A stretch of DNA of 64,000 nt from Promethearchaeota archaeon (GTDB taxonomy: Archaea > Asgardarchaeota > Lokiarchaeia > Sigyniarchaeales > SOKP01). Below the pieces are notes generated by a model, which saw only the letters and a list, made by a program, of their open reading frames with translations, ran no database searches and was not told the origin of the DNA. Positions 29,113 to 39,141 of the stretch are shown here, in pieces. How positions within the stretch are numbered: the stretch's first letter is position 1; every line of letters begins with the position of its first letter. The stretch spans positions 28,607 through 92,606 of the forward strand of contig JAUVNS010000016.1 in the NCBI GenBank assembly GCA_030599585.1. The letters run 5' to 3'. The translations under genes and the position numbers were made by a program.

Positions 29113-29211
29113 ATGCGACGAAAGATTATAGAGAGGATTAGACGCCTTTTTAAGCGAAAAGAACCTATGAGAAGAGGTGGGCACCCTCATCCCCACATTT
29201 ACTTACCGTAA
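29113..29211 (+). CDS. Unannotated 32-aa basic peptide MRRKIIERIRRLFKRKEPMRRGGHPHPHIYLP
   Basis: Preceded by the regulon motif TTTTTCC-TTTAAATA (29052-29066) and a GGTGA SD-like sequence. Confidence 0.5.
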   Translation: MRRKIIERIRRLFKRKEPMRRGGHPHPHIYLP

Positions 29212-29355
29212 CTATTGCTTTTAGCACGTATTAGGTCGATTAAGGTCACCGTGAGTAATATATATTTTTTCCTTGGAATATAAAATCTAAAATTTTATTT
29301 TTACATCTAATTGTATTTACTTTTCATATTTTTCTTTTAAATACTCGCAACTTCT

Positions 29356-29592
29356 ATGGCGTATATAATGGTAATGTTCGATTATTTTGAAGAATTACTA
29401 GGTGGCGTCGAGTTTTTAATAGCCTTCGGCTCGCTTATAGGCATATTAGGAATCTTAATTGGTTTAATTTTTGCCATCTGGGGCGGAAGCAGGCTTCGCT
29501 ACAAAATGGTTGGAGTCATAGTTTTCTCTTTTATTTTAGTAGCAGTATGCGGGTTCGACACTGGCTTCAAATACTTCAGGATTTTTAGGTAG
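29356..29592 (+). CDS. Small two-TM protein resembling VirB2/TrbC-type pilins (likely start 29368)
   Basis: GSLIGILGILIGLIFAIWGG-SRLRYK-MVGVIVFSFILVAVCG; motif at 29329-29343. Confidence 0.6.
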   Translation: MAYIMVMFDYFEELLGGVEFLIAFGSLIGILGILIGLIFAIWGGSRLRYKMVGVIVFSFILVAVCGFDTGFKYFRIFR

Positions 29593-29747
29593 GTCCAAGA
29601 GTCAGTCTATTCTCGTATTTTTTTACAAGGCGACAATTTATAAAATTGTGTTTCGTATCTTTTAGTAGGATATAACTTTTTTGTGTTAAACCTTATTGAT
29701 TGTACTTATCATGTTCAGGAGAAAAAAAGAAAAAAAAAAGAAAAAAA

Positions 29748-30119
29748 TTAATAAAAGTGGTATCCTTGAGGCGGGGGGTTGCCTCCTATCATAAATCCTA
29801 ATATGTCGAAGGAAACTCCGGTAAGAAACGCGCCGATCCACAGCAACAAAACGCCATACAATATAGTTTTTACGCTAAACCTTTTAAAAAAGATTTTAAG
29901 AAACCCGATTACTAACACCGCCCCTCCGATAGTAAGGCATATCTCTCCTACGCTCACGAAAACAGTTTTAAAAAGCGATCCTACCATATAACGTAAGTTT
30001 GACCCGAAGAAAGGGACGACTATAGCTATGAACCCCAATATTCCTGCAAAAACTAGAAAGATACGGTTTGGCTTGCGCTGTTTGCGAAGGATGAAAATGT
30101 CGTTTTTATTTCTAGCCAT
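29748..30119 (-). CDS. Small membrane protein, pilin-like hairpin
   Basis: 3 TM segments, IGGAVLVIGFLKIFFKR..KTILYGVLLLWIGAF; motif at 30166-30179. Confidence 0.6.
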   Translation of the reverse strand: MARNKNDIFILRKQRKPNRIFLVFAGILGFIAIVVPFFGSNLRYMVGSLFKTVFVSVGEICLTIGGAVLVIGFLKIFFKRFSVKTILYGVLLLWIGAFLTGVSFDILGFMIGGNPPPQGYHFY

Positions 30120-30302
30120 CGATTGTTTGCTCGGTATGATTTTTACCTTACTTACAGGTCGAATCTTTTTAAAGAAAAAGTTTACAGTATTAGGAATAGC
30201 TAGTTTTGTGGCGATAGTGCTGACCGTAAGCGGAATAGTTTTTAGACCGTTTTTCTAATTATAAACTTCTTTTTTTTCAATTTTTTTCGAAGTTCAATTA
30301 CC

Positions 30303-31508
30303 TTAAATTAGATTAGAAGGTAAAACTGGATTTTCGAGTAAGGAGCGAAAATTTTTGGCAGAAGGATGTTCTCCTAACGCTTCGATTATTAACCTTTTCC
30401 CGAGCGTAGCAGCAAAGCCCACCATTTTATAAGTTGGATCATCTGTTCGAACCATCATATCGTTAATTGACTTATCGGTATATACTTCAAAATCTTTGAT
30501 GTATTGTATTACTTCTTTATCTTCCCAACCTTCGACAAGCTTATAATAGACAGCGTTAAACTCTATAAAATACAAGTCCTTCCTTACCATATTTTGCTGT
30601 AGCAACTCCTCGATGGACGGTTTATCTCGCTCAACACAGAATTCTTTTAACGCGATCTCTTCTTGCTCTCGATAAGAAAAAAGCGTATTTATTCCAATAC
30701 CGGCGATCCCTTCACACATTATCATATTAGGTGTGTTGTAAAGTAGAATAGCGTGTTCGAACCGATTCTCTTTTCGGTATAGTTTATCTTCTGCGACCAC
30801 AAACTCGGTATGGTGCCCTGGATATCCCTCGTGAGAACTCGCCCGCAAAAAACTAGTCCAATACAACTTTTTCGGATTAATTTTCACTAACGAATAATAA
30901 TTCCCGTCATACCATTCGTAGGCAGCCCAAGGTATGCTTGAATCTACAACCACTTTGATGTTTGATTCTTCGGGAAGCATTTCAGGGTACAGTTCTCGAG
31001 TTTTTTGTTCTGTTAATTTTAACCCTTTCTCGAACGCTTCTTTAACCTCTTCTTCGGGAATAGCTCGATTCTTTCTCATTTTTTCCATACGCTCTGTTAG
31101 AGTTCCTGATCCCCCGTATGCTTCGTCTGTCCGCGCCTTTAAATCGTCCAGTTTCGATTCTTTAAAAGGACGGAGTTCCATATCGGCTTGTATGCTAAAA
31201 TCTTCCTCTATTGATCTTCCTTTTCTTTTTCCTAAGACATCTCTTTCGATGGTAACTTCTATCGCGTTAAGCATTTTTTCGAGGTATTCCTCGCGCTTTC
31301 CGTCGAACCCTTGATCGGTAACGCTTTTTTGCAAGGAAGCACAATCCTTAAGGAGCTGTATGGGAGAGATTTCAGATTCTTTGTTAACTTTCCCTTTAAT
31401 TTCCTTCGGACCGTAGTAATAATCCTTGTATCCCTTTTGATGTTTATCAATTCGCAACCCTAATTGCAAATAATCGCGTCCAAACGGTCCGATTGTGCCT
31501 GCTGCCAT
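30303..31508 (-). CDS. DUF885-like zinc metallopeptidase-fold protein
   Basis: HEGYPGHH and EGIA motifs. Confidence 0.7.
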   Translation of the reverse strand: MAAGTIGPFGRDYLQLGLRIDKHQKGYKDYYYGPKEIKGKVNKESEISPIQLLKDCASLQKSVTDQGFDGKREEYLEKMLNAIEVTIERDVLGKRKGRSIEEDFSIQADMELRPFKESKLDDLKARTDEAYGGSGTLTERMEKMRKNRAIPEEEVKEAFEKGLKLTEQKTRELYPEMLPEESNIKVVVDSSIPWAAYEWYDGNYYSLVKINPKKLYWTSFLRASSHEGYPGHHTEFVVAEDKLYRKENRFEHAILLYNTPNMIMCEGIAGIGINTLFSYREQEEIALKEFCVERDKPSIEELLQQNMVRKDLYFIEFNAVYYKLVEGWEDKEVIQYIKDFEVYTDKSINDMMVRTDDPTYKMVGFAATLGKRLIIEALGEHPSAKNFRSLLENPVLPSNLI

Positions 31509-31651
31509 TCTTTAAAACGCCAAAAAAAGTTTACTAAGTCTTTATCTAGTAATATGAGTTTTAATTATTAACTTTTAGGTCAAAAACGTTTCCTTTATTA
31601 AATATAAGTAACTACTTTTTCCTTTTTATAGAACCGAATTACCTAAACTAC

Positions 31652-32749
31652 ATGGGAGTTAAACTTCAAGACTTAGTAACCCGAAACGCGATCGAATTTT
31701 CCAAGCTCGCAGGCAAGATTATAGCGATAGACGCCCCGAACATTATTATGAGCTTGTTTAATTTCGCTCGTAAAAACTCAGACGGTTCAAGAGCGGGACT
31801 CATTCTCGACCGCACCCAAAGACCTATATCTCACTTATATGGTTTACTCTACAGGACGAATTTTTTCCTTTCTAAAAAGATTTTTCCAATTTTCTGTTTC
31901 GACGGGCTCGATTCCGACCTCAAAAAACTTAAGACGAAGGACAGACTCAACGATTTCTTGTTTACGGAAAAATTATTCCGATCTTTACTACAATCGGGAA
32001 ACAAGCAAAACGCGAGACAAATTGCAATGTCGAAAGAATACATGTGGCCTAACATCGTTAAAGAATCAAAGCAACTTTTAGGAGCGTTGGGCGTCCCGTG
32101 TATTAATTCACCAGCATCAGCGGAATCGCAATGCGCTCAACTCGTCAAAGATAAAGTAGCTCATTATTCTAACTCGCAAGATTTCGATTCGCTGTTGTTC
32201 GGCTGTCCAAGAACGATACAAAACTTCTCAAAGTCGCGTAAGAGAAAAGTTCACGGTCGATGGACCTATCAAAAAATCGCTCCGGTTCAAATAAATCTCA
32301 AGGAGAGCCTAAAAAAATTAAATGTAAACCAATTTCAGTTGGTAGACATGGCAATTCTCATCGGGAACGACTATTTTAAGGGTATAAAAAATATTGGACC
32401 GAAACACGCGCACAAATTCCTTCTCAAACATAAAAGTTTAGAAATGGTTATTCAGCAGGAAAAAAACGCGTACGATTTTTCCTTACTCACCTCAAGTATT
32501 ATCTCAAAAGTGAGAAAAATTTTTTTGTTGCCTGAAGTAATAAATCGCTACCAAGACATTAGGTGGAACTATCCGAACGAACAAAAAACACTTTTTTTAC
32601 TGTGCGAAGATCACCACCTCAACTTGGAAAGAGTGCAAAAAAATCTGGACAAGTTTTCTACAAATTTTGAAAAGTGTCAAAAATATTTCGACGCTCACAA
32701 AAACAACCGTAGAACGGTTCAAAACACTTTACAAAAAGTAATTTCCTAA
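31652..32749 (+). CDS. fen: Flap endonuclease 1 (FEN1/XPG family) paralogue
   Basis: MGVKL, IAIDA, SHLYG, FDG, AESQCA, SQDFDSLLFG, GNDY..GIKNIGPK; promoter motif at 31616-31630. Confidence 0.9.
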   Translation: MGVKLQDLVTRNAIEFSKLAGKIIAIDAPNIIMSLFNFARKNSDGSRAGLILDRTQRPISHLYGLLYRTNFFLSKKIFPIFCFDGLDSDLKKLKTKDRLNDFLFTEKLFRSLLQSGNKQNARQIAMSKEYMWPNIVKESKQLLGALGVPCINSPASAESQCAQLVKDKVAHYSNSQDFDSLLFGCPRTIQNFSKSRKRKVHGRWTYQKIAPVQINLKESLKKLNVNQFQLVDMAILIGNDYFKGIKNIGPKHAHKFLLKHKSLEMVIQQEKNAYDFSLLTSSIISKVRKIFLLPEVINRYQDIRWNYPNEQKTLFLLCEDHHLNLERVQKNLDKFSTNFEKCQKYFDAHKNNRRTVQNTLQKVIS

Positions 32750-32796
32750 CCTTATATCAAGACGCAAAAAAATACTCAAAAAAGAAAAAACAATTA

Positions 32797-33393
32797 TTAT
32801 TTTAGATTAAATTTTACTTGTTCTCTATATTTTTCCTTACCAATGTATATTGCATAATGAGGAACTTTGAGTATTTTGAATTTATGGTTCAAGTTTCTTT
32901 TTAGAATATTATATGAATCGTTACCAAACGCGATTAGAGTTGGATTATTAGCACCTATATCAGCCAATTCTTGTAAAAAGTTTTCAACGTTTTCTTCCTC
33001 AAATTGTGTGTTGTTCTTTAAATATGAAATAACCTTACCAGATATTTTTTGTTCGAAGTCTTTTATAATATCTGTCATATAACCGCCCCAATAAGGCGTC
33101 CCTCTAAATGCAAATCTAATTTTGAAATCATTTGACCCTGGTCGTTTATCGTGAAAGTTTGCTAAGGGAACTTTAATACTCCTTGAAATGTTTAAACCAA
33201 CTAGAACAACGTTAGGTTTAAGTTGTGAAAGTAAATTTTTATTAATATCGGGGTCTAAAATAGTTAGGTCGCCAGTATTGCTTTTCGGTTTATTACCTTC
33301 TTCCGCCCATATTGCCCAACTTCCAACATTACCATATTTTTCCTTTATGAAATCATATTTTTTTCTGGTAAATGTTCCATCTAATTCTTCCAC
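32797..33393 (-). CDS. Hypothetical protein, possibly uracil-DNA-glycosylase-like fold, probably horizontally acquired
   Basis: SWAIW, VLVGLNIS, NFHD, YMTDIIK, LIAFG, PHYA pattern; few CG dinucleotides relative to neighbours. Confidence 0.55.
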   Translation of the reverse strand: MEELDGTFTRKKYDFIKEKYGNVGSWAIWAEEGNKPKSNTGDLTILDPDINKNLLSQLKPNVVLVGLNISRSIKVPLANFHDKRPGSNDFKIRFAFRGTPYWGGYMTDIIKDFEQKISGKVISYLKNNTQFEEENVENFLQELADIGANNPTLIAFGNDSYNILKRNLNHKFKILKVPHYAIYIGKEKYREQVKFNLK

Positions 33394-33615
33394 TTTCTCT
33401 CGTCTCCTTTATAAAAATCAAACTGGTTAATTAATTATAGTACGCAAAAGATAAATTAGAAATTAAATTTACCCTAATTTTTTTTGATCCTCTGCTAACC
33501 TTGCTTCCTACCAATTTCTCTTTTTTATTTATAAATAACGGTAGTCTAAACTATGCATTTAGTAAATATTTTAATTTAAACATAAATTTTTTAAAAAAAA
33601 ACTGTTGAGCAAGGC

Positions 33616-34233
33616 ATGCCAGGATCAGCGGACGATTCGATCGTCCTCCAAAACCACTTAGGAGCGTATAGAAGCGCTTCTGGAAGCAACGTAAACAAAG
33701 CACAAGTGCTTAATTTTTTTTTTAGGTTCGAAAGCTTTGCAAACGACAACAACGAATACAGAGATTTAAGCCCTTTGTTCGTTGGAACCATAGTAAAGGA
33801 TACGGATTTACCCGATTCAGTCGTATTGCGCACTGCTTTAGGGTTCATTTCAGAAGCGTCTAAATTTAGCCAATTGTTAAGCTTAGGACTCGTATCGTGG
33901 GGTTCGGGCGAAAAAAGTAAATTGAGACAAGCAAGGTTCTACTTGCGGAGGGCGTATAATATAGCCCCGGTGTTCAATTATGCTCGAGCGATCGTTAACT
34001 TAGGAATACTGCACAAAATCTTGAAAAAACATTTTTATTGGCCTCGCATCACCACTCAGCTTGCTTTAACAATTTTTGTCACTGACAGGAACGACCCAAC
34101 TATAGAGAAAAATGAGTATATTTTGCAAAAAAACTTAAGAGCTTTTTGCGCGTGCTCCGCTTACGCGTTTCACATGGCTCGAAAAAAGTTAAACATCAAC
34201 AAAATGGGACGCGTGACTCCTAACCCGTTTTAA
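33616..34233 (+). CDS. Hypothetical helical protein; C-terminus resembles a TFB/cyclin repeat
   Basis: TTQLALTIFVTD...ILQKNLRAFCACSAYAFHMARKKL. Confidence 0.6.
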   Translation: MPGSADDSIVLQNHLGAYRSASGSNVNKAQVLNFFFRFESFANDNNEYRDLSPLFVGTIVKDTDLPDSVVLRTALGFISEASKFSQLLSLGLVSWGSGEKSKLRQARFYLRRAYNIAPVFNYARAIVNLGILHKILKKHFYWPRITTQLALTIFVTDRNDPTIEKNEYILQKNLRAFCACSAYAFHMARKKLNINKMGRVTPNPF

Positions 34234-34314
34234 TATTTTTTTCAATAGGATTTTTCCTTTAAATATTCGCCCCTTATTTTTTACTTATTAGTAAATTATT
34301 ATTAGGTTTTAATC

Positions 34315-35238
34315 GTGAGCGATTCAGTAGACGAGTTATATCGACAGTTATTAAATCTTGGTATGTCAGAAGCAGAACTAGAAAAAAAAGTTAAAAACAA
34401 AGTAGAAGAATACGGCGGTTTTATGACAGAACAGGGAGTGTTGTTTATAATTGCCAGAGAAAACGGGCTTGATTTACGGTCTCCCGATATTGACGATTAT
34501 CTTTACGACGAGTTAGAAGAAGAAATTGATTACGACGAGTTTACCATAGATAATTCGGACCTCAAGGAAGGTATGACCAACATAGTGCTATTAGGTAAGA
34601 TTTTAACCGTCCAAAAAGTTCGCGAGTTCGTCAGGAAGGATCAGTCCGTGGGAAAGGTGTGCTCTTTTTTGTTCGGCGACTCAACCGGAACCGTAAAAAT
34701 CGTTTTGTGGGACGATCGGGCAGATATCGTTAATCAAGAATATTTCAAACAGAAAGAGCTCGTAAGAATTGTTGGTGGATACGCAAAATTAGGACAGAAC
34801 GAGGCAATAGAAGTTCACTTAGGAAAAAAAGGTACGCTACTTCTCTCTCCCGAAGTGTCCGGTAAGAAGCGGGAACAATTAGAAGCGATAACGGTTGCAA
34901 GTTCAGACGATTATTCTCGTAAGAGCGCTTTAAAACCGTTAAGTCAAGCCCTCGAGCAAAATAAATACGTCAGCGTAGTAAAAGGAACCGTCCTAATTGA
35001 AGAATTTAAGGAGTTAGAATTGAAATCGGGCGATAAATCGTTTTTGCTCACCATCCTCTTAGAGTCGGAAGGTACTACGATTCGAGTGAAAGCGTGGGGT
35101 ATGAAAGCGATAGAATGTTTAAAAATAATAAACGACGGAGATTGCGTTTCAATAACTAATCTAGCGGTAAAAGAGAACAAATACTCGTTAGAAAAAGAGC
35201 TTTCTTTTACGAAGAATTCGAACGTGTTATTAATTTAA
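34315..35238 (+). CDS. rpa: Replication protein A / OB-fold ssDNA-binding protein
   Basis: YGGFMTEQGVLFIIARENG N-terminal domain; REFVRKD..GKV..GDSTGTVKIVLWD; second OB fold; motif at 34251-34265. Confidence 0.85.
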   Translation: MSDSVDELYRQLLNLGMSEAELEKKVKNKVEEYGGFMTEQGVLFIIARENGLDLRSPDIDDYLYDELEEEIDYDEFTIDNSDLKEGMTNIVLLGKILTVQKVREFVRKDQSVGKVCSFLFGDSTGTVKIVLWDDRADIVNQEYFKQKELVRIVGGYAKLGQNEAIEVHLGKKGTLLLSPEVSGKKREQLEAITVASSDDYSRKSALKPLSQALEQNKYVSVVKGTVLIEEFKELELKSGDKSFLLTILLESEGTTIRVKAWGMKAIECLKIINDGDCVSITNLAVKENKYSLEKELSFTKNSNVLLI

Positions 35239-35333
35239 AATTTAGATTTATTTAGATTTCAGGTCTTAGAAAAGTATAATTGATCGCAAAAATAATTATT
35301 TCTAGTTGAATAATAATACAAGGAGGGATACTA

Positions 35334-35822
35334 TTGTCAAATATTGAAGATAAACAAAAAGCTATCCTAAAAGAGCTAGCAAAATACAACAAGTTTGCTC
35401 GAAAATTCTTAAAAAAACGATCGTTCAACTATAAAGTCGCCTACGCACGGCTAACTAAAACTGAGGACTGGAGAAAAGGGAAGGCTTTAGTGATCGAATA
35501 TTTTTCTCTTGCTAACAACAAGTTTATATGTCCTGTGTGCGAAACCGAAGTAAACCCCTACTCCTCTACCATGCATCACAACGTTTACGACAACCGAAGA
35601 TTGTTCGAGCCCAAATATGTTTCTTTTTTACACTACAAATGCCACGACGCTCATCACCAACAAATGCTCGACCTCGCGTGGACCAGAAAGGGACACTTTA
35701 GAGTAGCGTTTTTTACTCGCGGGTTTAAAATTTATTTTCCTAAAAAGAGCAAGATTTTCGTAAGATACGAGTATTGCACTCTTCTTGTTGTACTAATTTT
35801 TTTGTTGATATTTGCCGCGTAA
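35334..35822 (+). CDS. HNH-like nuclease with C-terminal TM anchor
   Basis: CPVC..MHHNVY..LHYKCHDAHH; C-terminal LLVVLIFLLIFAA. Confidence 0.6.
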   Translation: MSNIEDKQKAILKELAKYNKFARKFLKKRSFNYKVAYARLTKTEDWRKGKALVIEYFSLANNKFICPVCETEVNPYSSTMHHNVYDNRRLFEPKYVSFLHYKCHDAHHQQMLDLAWTRKGHFRVAFFTRGFKIYFPKKSKIFVRYEYCTLLVVLIFLLIFAA

Positions 35823-35898
35823 AAATACCATACCCATTTTTTGTTTAAATATTCTACTTATTTCTAATCGTAAAATATTTTATAATTTTTTAAAAACC

Positions 35899-36561
35899 AT
35901 GATAACTAAGCAAAAGGTAAAAATATTCGAAGTCATCAGAGAAAAACCTTCTAATCTCCCTTTAAAGAAGTTAGAAAAGGTTCTTTTTTACTGTTGCGTT
36001 GGTTACATCGCGTTGTTGGTCTTAAATGTAGTTTTTTCTTCGTTCTTTGGATTTTCGCTCGTTACCAATTACATTAGCGACCTGGGAAGCAGAAACTTCA
36101 TTCCTTTTCCCTATATTCACGATTTAATTTGCGTATTCGGGGGAATTGTGAGCCTTCCGGTTAATTTTTTTGTAAGACAAAAATTGAAGGTAGTGTATAA
36201 AAATTCAAAACATTCAATTTTATTCGTAGAGTGCGGAGTCGCTCTGGGAATAGTTGGAAACGTAGGATATATTTTTCTTGGAGTGTTTAGTTTAGATAGA
36301 GCAGGTCCCGGACAAATCTTTCACGGATTGACGGCGTTATTTTCTTTTAGCGGGTATGTAGTCTCAATATTCTTTTATAGCCTGAACATCTTTTTGTCCC
36401 ACAAGTGCAAGTTAAAAAACTTGGGATTGTTTGGATTAATCGTCCCTGGAAGTTTGATGGTGTTGTATTTTATTTTTTCAATTCCTCTTATCGAATGGTT
36501 TTTACTTAGTTCTATTTTGGCGTTTTTACTTTTGTTGAGCTATTACGTGTTCAAAGTGTAA
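35899..36561 (+). CDS. DUF998-like multi-pass membrane protein (start 35899 preferred over 35812)
   Basis: NYISDLG motif, 5-6 TMs; TTTTTTG-TTTAAATA at 35837-35851. Confidence 0.7.
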   Translation: MITKQKVKIFEVIREKPSNLPLKKLEKVLFYCCVGYIALLVLNVVFSSFFGFSLVTNYISDLGSRNFIPFPYIHDLICVFGGIVSLPVNFFVRQKLKVVYKNSKHSILFVECGVALGIVGNVGYIFLGVFSLDRAGPGQIFHGLTALFSFSGYVVSIFFYSLNIFLSHKCKLKNLGLFGLIVPGSLMVLYFIFSIPLIEWFLLSSILAFLLLLSYYVFKV

Positions 36562-36641
36562 TTTGTGGAAAATTTTTTCTTTAAATACTTAAAAATTCTT
36601 ATTCGTAAAAAAATACATATTATTGGAGAAATGATGAAAAA

Positions 36642-37175
36642 ATGACAATATACGTTCCTAAAGCGCTTTACGAGAACGAGATCGCCCAAGTGTTAGACGA
36701 AGTGCGTTATAATTACGGGATGTTAACCAGAAAAGGATACATCTATGGATTGATTGCTATAGACCAAGACGCAAAAATAATCGCAATCGATTCTCGGTTC
36801 GACAGGAAGCTAAATTATTGGGACTTAAGTTCTATTGGAGCGGCGTTGTATGGGGTTGCCCGGCAAGCACAAGATTTCTTCGAAGCCGATTCTTTGGTTC
36901 GAGCAACTTTAATATTTAAAGACTTACAGCTCTACGTCAAATCGATCGGAGACGTGATCCTCGTCAAAAAAGGAAAGCGAGAGATTCTGGTAATTCTTTT
37001 GGTAGATAATCAAGTCAACATTGGCGTGCTCATACTCCAAATGCGCAAGTTTTCGGAAAGGATAAAAGAAGCCATTACTCAAAGCCAAACCATCATGCAA
37101 AAACTTCAGATGTCGGAACAAGATCTCAAACAATACCTCAGAGAGTTAAAGAAAAAAGTTTTTCAGTCAGCGTAA
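36642..37175 (+). CDS. Roadblock/LC7 (MglB-like) protein
   Basis: GLIAIDQDAKIIA, SSIGAALYGVA, VNIGVLILQMRK; adjacent to an MglA-like GTPase. Confidence 0.75.
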   Translation: MTIYVPKALYENEIAQVLDEVRYNYGMLTRKGYIYGLIAIDQDAKIIAIDSRFDRKLNYWDLSSIGAALYGVARQAQDFFEADSLVRATLIFKDLQLYVKSIGDVILVKKGKREILVILLVDNQVNIGVLILQMRKFSERIKEAITQSQTIMQKLQMSEQDLKQYLRELKKKVFQSA

Positions 37176-37199
37176 TTTTAGACGAGGCGATCAGAAAAA

Positions 37200-37865
37200 A
37201 TGACTGTAGATTCCAACGATAAAGGTAAGGAATTGGAAAAAAAAGAACTCGGTATAAGCGATAAATCCGGGACAAATTCTCTCAAGGAAGTGTTGCAATT
37301 TAAAGTAGTTTATTGGGGTCCTGGCGAATCTGGGAAAACTACTAACTATTTTAGGTTAAGAGAAAAGTTCGACGGAGTGAAACTCAACCGAGGATATTCT
37401 ATAGAAACCACGGACGGAAGAACCTTGTGGCAAGATTCTGTGCGCTTGTCGTTCTATCTTAACCTCGCAGAGATAAAATTTAACGTTATAACCCAGATCG
37501 TGACCGCAACGGGACAAGAACGGTTTTTGTCCACTCGCGAATACGTGTTAGACGGTGCAGACGGTGTGGTATTTGTCGCCGACTCCGATCCAGAAAAAAT
37601 GGAGCAAAATAAACGCAGTTTCCGGGAATTGGTAAGTTTTACCAGCGAACAGGACGTTCCTTTCGTTATTCAGCTCAATAAAAGAGATTTAGAGGGGGCC
37701 ATTTCAGTCGAAGAGTTCAAAAAAGAACTTGGGCTGCCGAAGTTTGAAAAATACGAAGACGGAACGCAAGTTGTATATCCCACCGTTGCGATCGAAGGAG
37801 AAAGCGTGAGAAAATGTTTTGAAGATTTGATGGTGCTCGTATTGTTCAACTTTTTTCGCGAATAA
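37200..37865 (+). CDS. MglA-like small GTPase
   Basis: KVVYWGPGESGKTTN, DGRTL, TATGQ, GADGVVFVADS, NKRD. Confidence 0.85.
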   Translation: MTVDSNDKGKELEKKELGISDKSGTNSLKEVLQFKVVYWGPGESGKTTNYFRLREKFDGVKLNRGYSIETTDGRTLWQDSVRLSFYLNLAEIKFNVITQIVTATGQERFLSTREYVLDGADGVVFVADSDPEKMEQNKRSFRELVSFTSEQDVPFVIQLNKRDLEGAISVEEFKKELGLPKFEKYEDGTQVVYPTVAIEGESVRKCFEDLMVLVLFNFFRE

Positions 37866-37899
37866 CAATAATAATAATTTAAAATAATTTTAGCGTCAG

Positions 37900-39093
37900 G
37901 TGAAAAAAAACATGGATACCGAATACGATTTTATCACGCCAGAATTTTTACACTTACTTTTTTTCAAACAGAGAAACATAGTTGTATTTCCCTACGTAGA
38001 CTTAAAGCACCTTAGATCTCTGGACTTGTTTGCGGTAGGTTTCGAGACCGTGGACATTGATTCCACCGTGATTCACAATTTAAACGAGATTATTGAGTAC
38101 GAAAACAACAATTCTTACTCAGCGCTCCAAACTCTTTATTTCGTTCTTAACCCTTCTTTTGAAGAGTTGGAGAAGTTAATAGACTCTAGCGGATTGAGAT
38201 GCGTAATTAACTCAAAGGAGAACGTGGAAAGTTTAGCAAACGGAGACCATTTTGTCTTTTACAACAAGAAAAGCAACACCTTCTTAAACTACTCCTTTGA
38301 TAGCCAAGATTTATCCTTTGAAAAAGAACTATTTCGGATTTCTTCTAGCAAGGAATTGCTATTAGACGAGCTTCTTAAGGTAAAAAGCGCGTCCTCCAAA
38401 ATTTTCGCCGAGCTAAACCAAAGCGGAACTCCCGATAATTTTCCAGAAATTCTTGACGGATACGACCAGAAATATTGGGGCAAAATTCTTGAGTTTACCA
38501 AGTTATATTATCAAATAGAAATTCCGGATTTTAATCCTCTCCCTCAATTGCCTAAAAACGGTAGTGCAGAAAAAAAAGAAATCGACTACTCATCAGAGTA
38601 CGAAATAGTTATTAAGACCAACCGTAAAATTGGAAGGTCGTTCATTCAATTAATTCACGAATATCGCTATAATAAGGTTAATTCGGCTAACTTAGAAGTA
38701 AACCAACTGTTCTACCCCAAGAAGCTTTATAATTACCTCAGAAACCACCATTGGAAAGACGGGATACCCAAAGAATTCGTTATTGACTGGCTTAAAAGCG
38801 CAAATAAAGATTTTTCGGACAATGAAGAAGCTTTAATGGAATTCCAAGTAATTCTTAACATGTTAAATCTAGATTATTCTATGAACGAAGTCAAATTAAA
38901 GGAAAAACAAGAACTTGAGAGTAAAATAAATACCCTTAGAAAAAAACCAATCAAACATAGCGAATCTATACCCTCAGCACCTGCTAACCGACCAAAAATA
39001 GTGTCAACTATACCTTCCATCCACAATTTTTCTGAATTTAGGCAATGGTTGTTAGATAAGATAGCCAAGTTAGAGAAGTTGGAATTAAGTTAG
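37900..39093 (+). CDS. Hypothetical protein
   Basis: 397 aa ORF co-oriented after the GTPase. Confidence 0.7.
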   Translation: MKKNMDTEYDFITPEFLHLLFFKQRNIVVFPYVDLKHLRSLDLFAVGFETVDIDSTVIHNLNEIIEYENNNSYSALQTLYFVLNPSFEELEKLIDSSGLRCVINSKENVESLANGDHFVFYNKKSNTFLNYSFDSQDLSFEKELFRISSSKELLLDELLKVKSASSKIFAELNQSGTPDNFPEILDGYDQKYWGKILEFTKLYYQIEIPDFNPLPQLPKNGSAEKKEIDYSSEYEIVIKTNRKIGRSFIQLIHEYRYNKVNSANLEVNQLFYPKKLYNYLRNHHWKDGIPKEFVIDWLKSANKDFSDNEEALMEFQVILNMLNLDYSMNEVKLKEKQELESKINTLRKKPIKHSESIPSAPANRPKIVSTIPSIHNFSEFRQWLLDKIAKLEKLELS

Positions 39094-39141
39094 ACGGGAG
39101 TGCATTTTTTTCTTTAAATACTCCTCGTTAATTGTCGCTTT

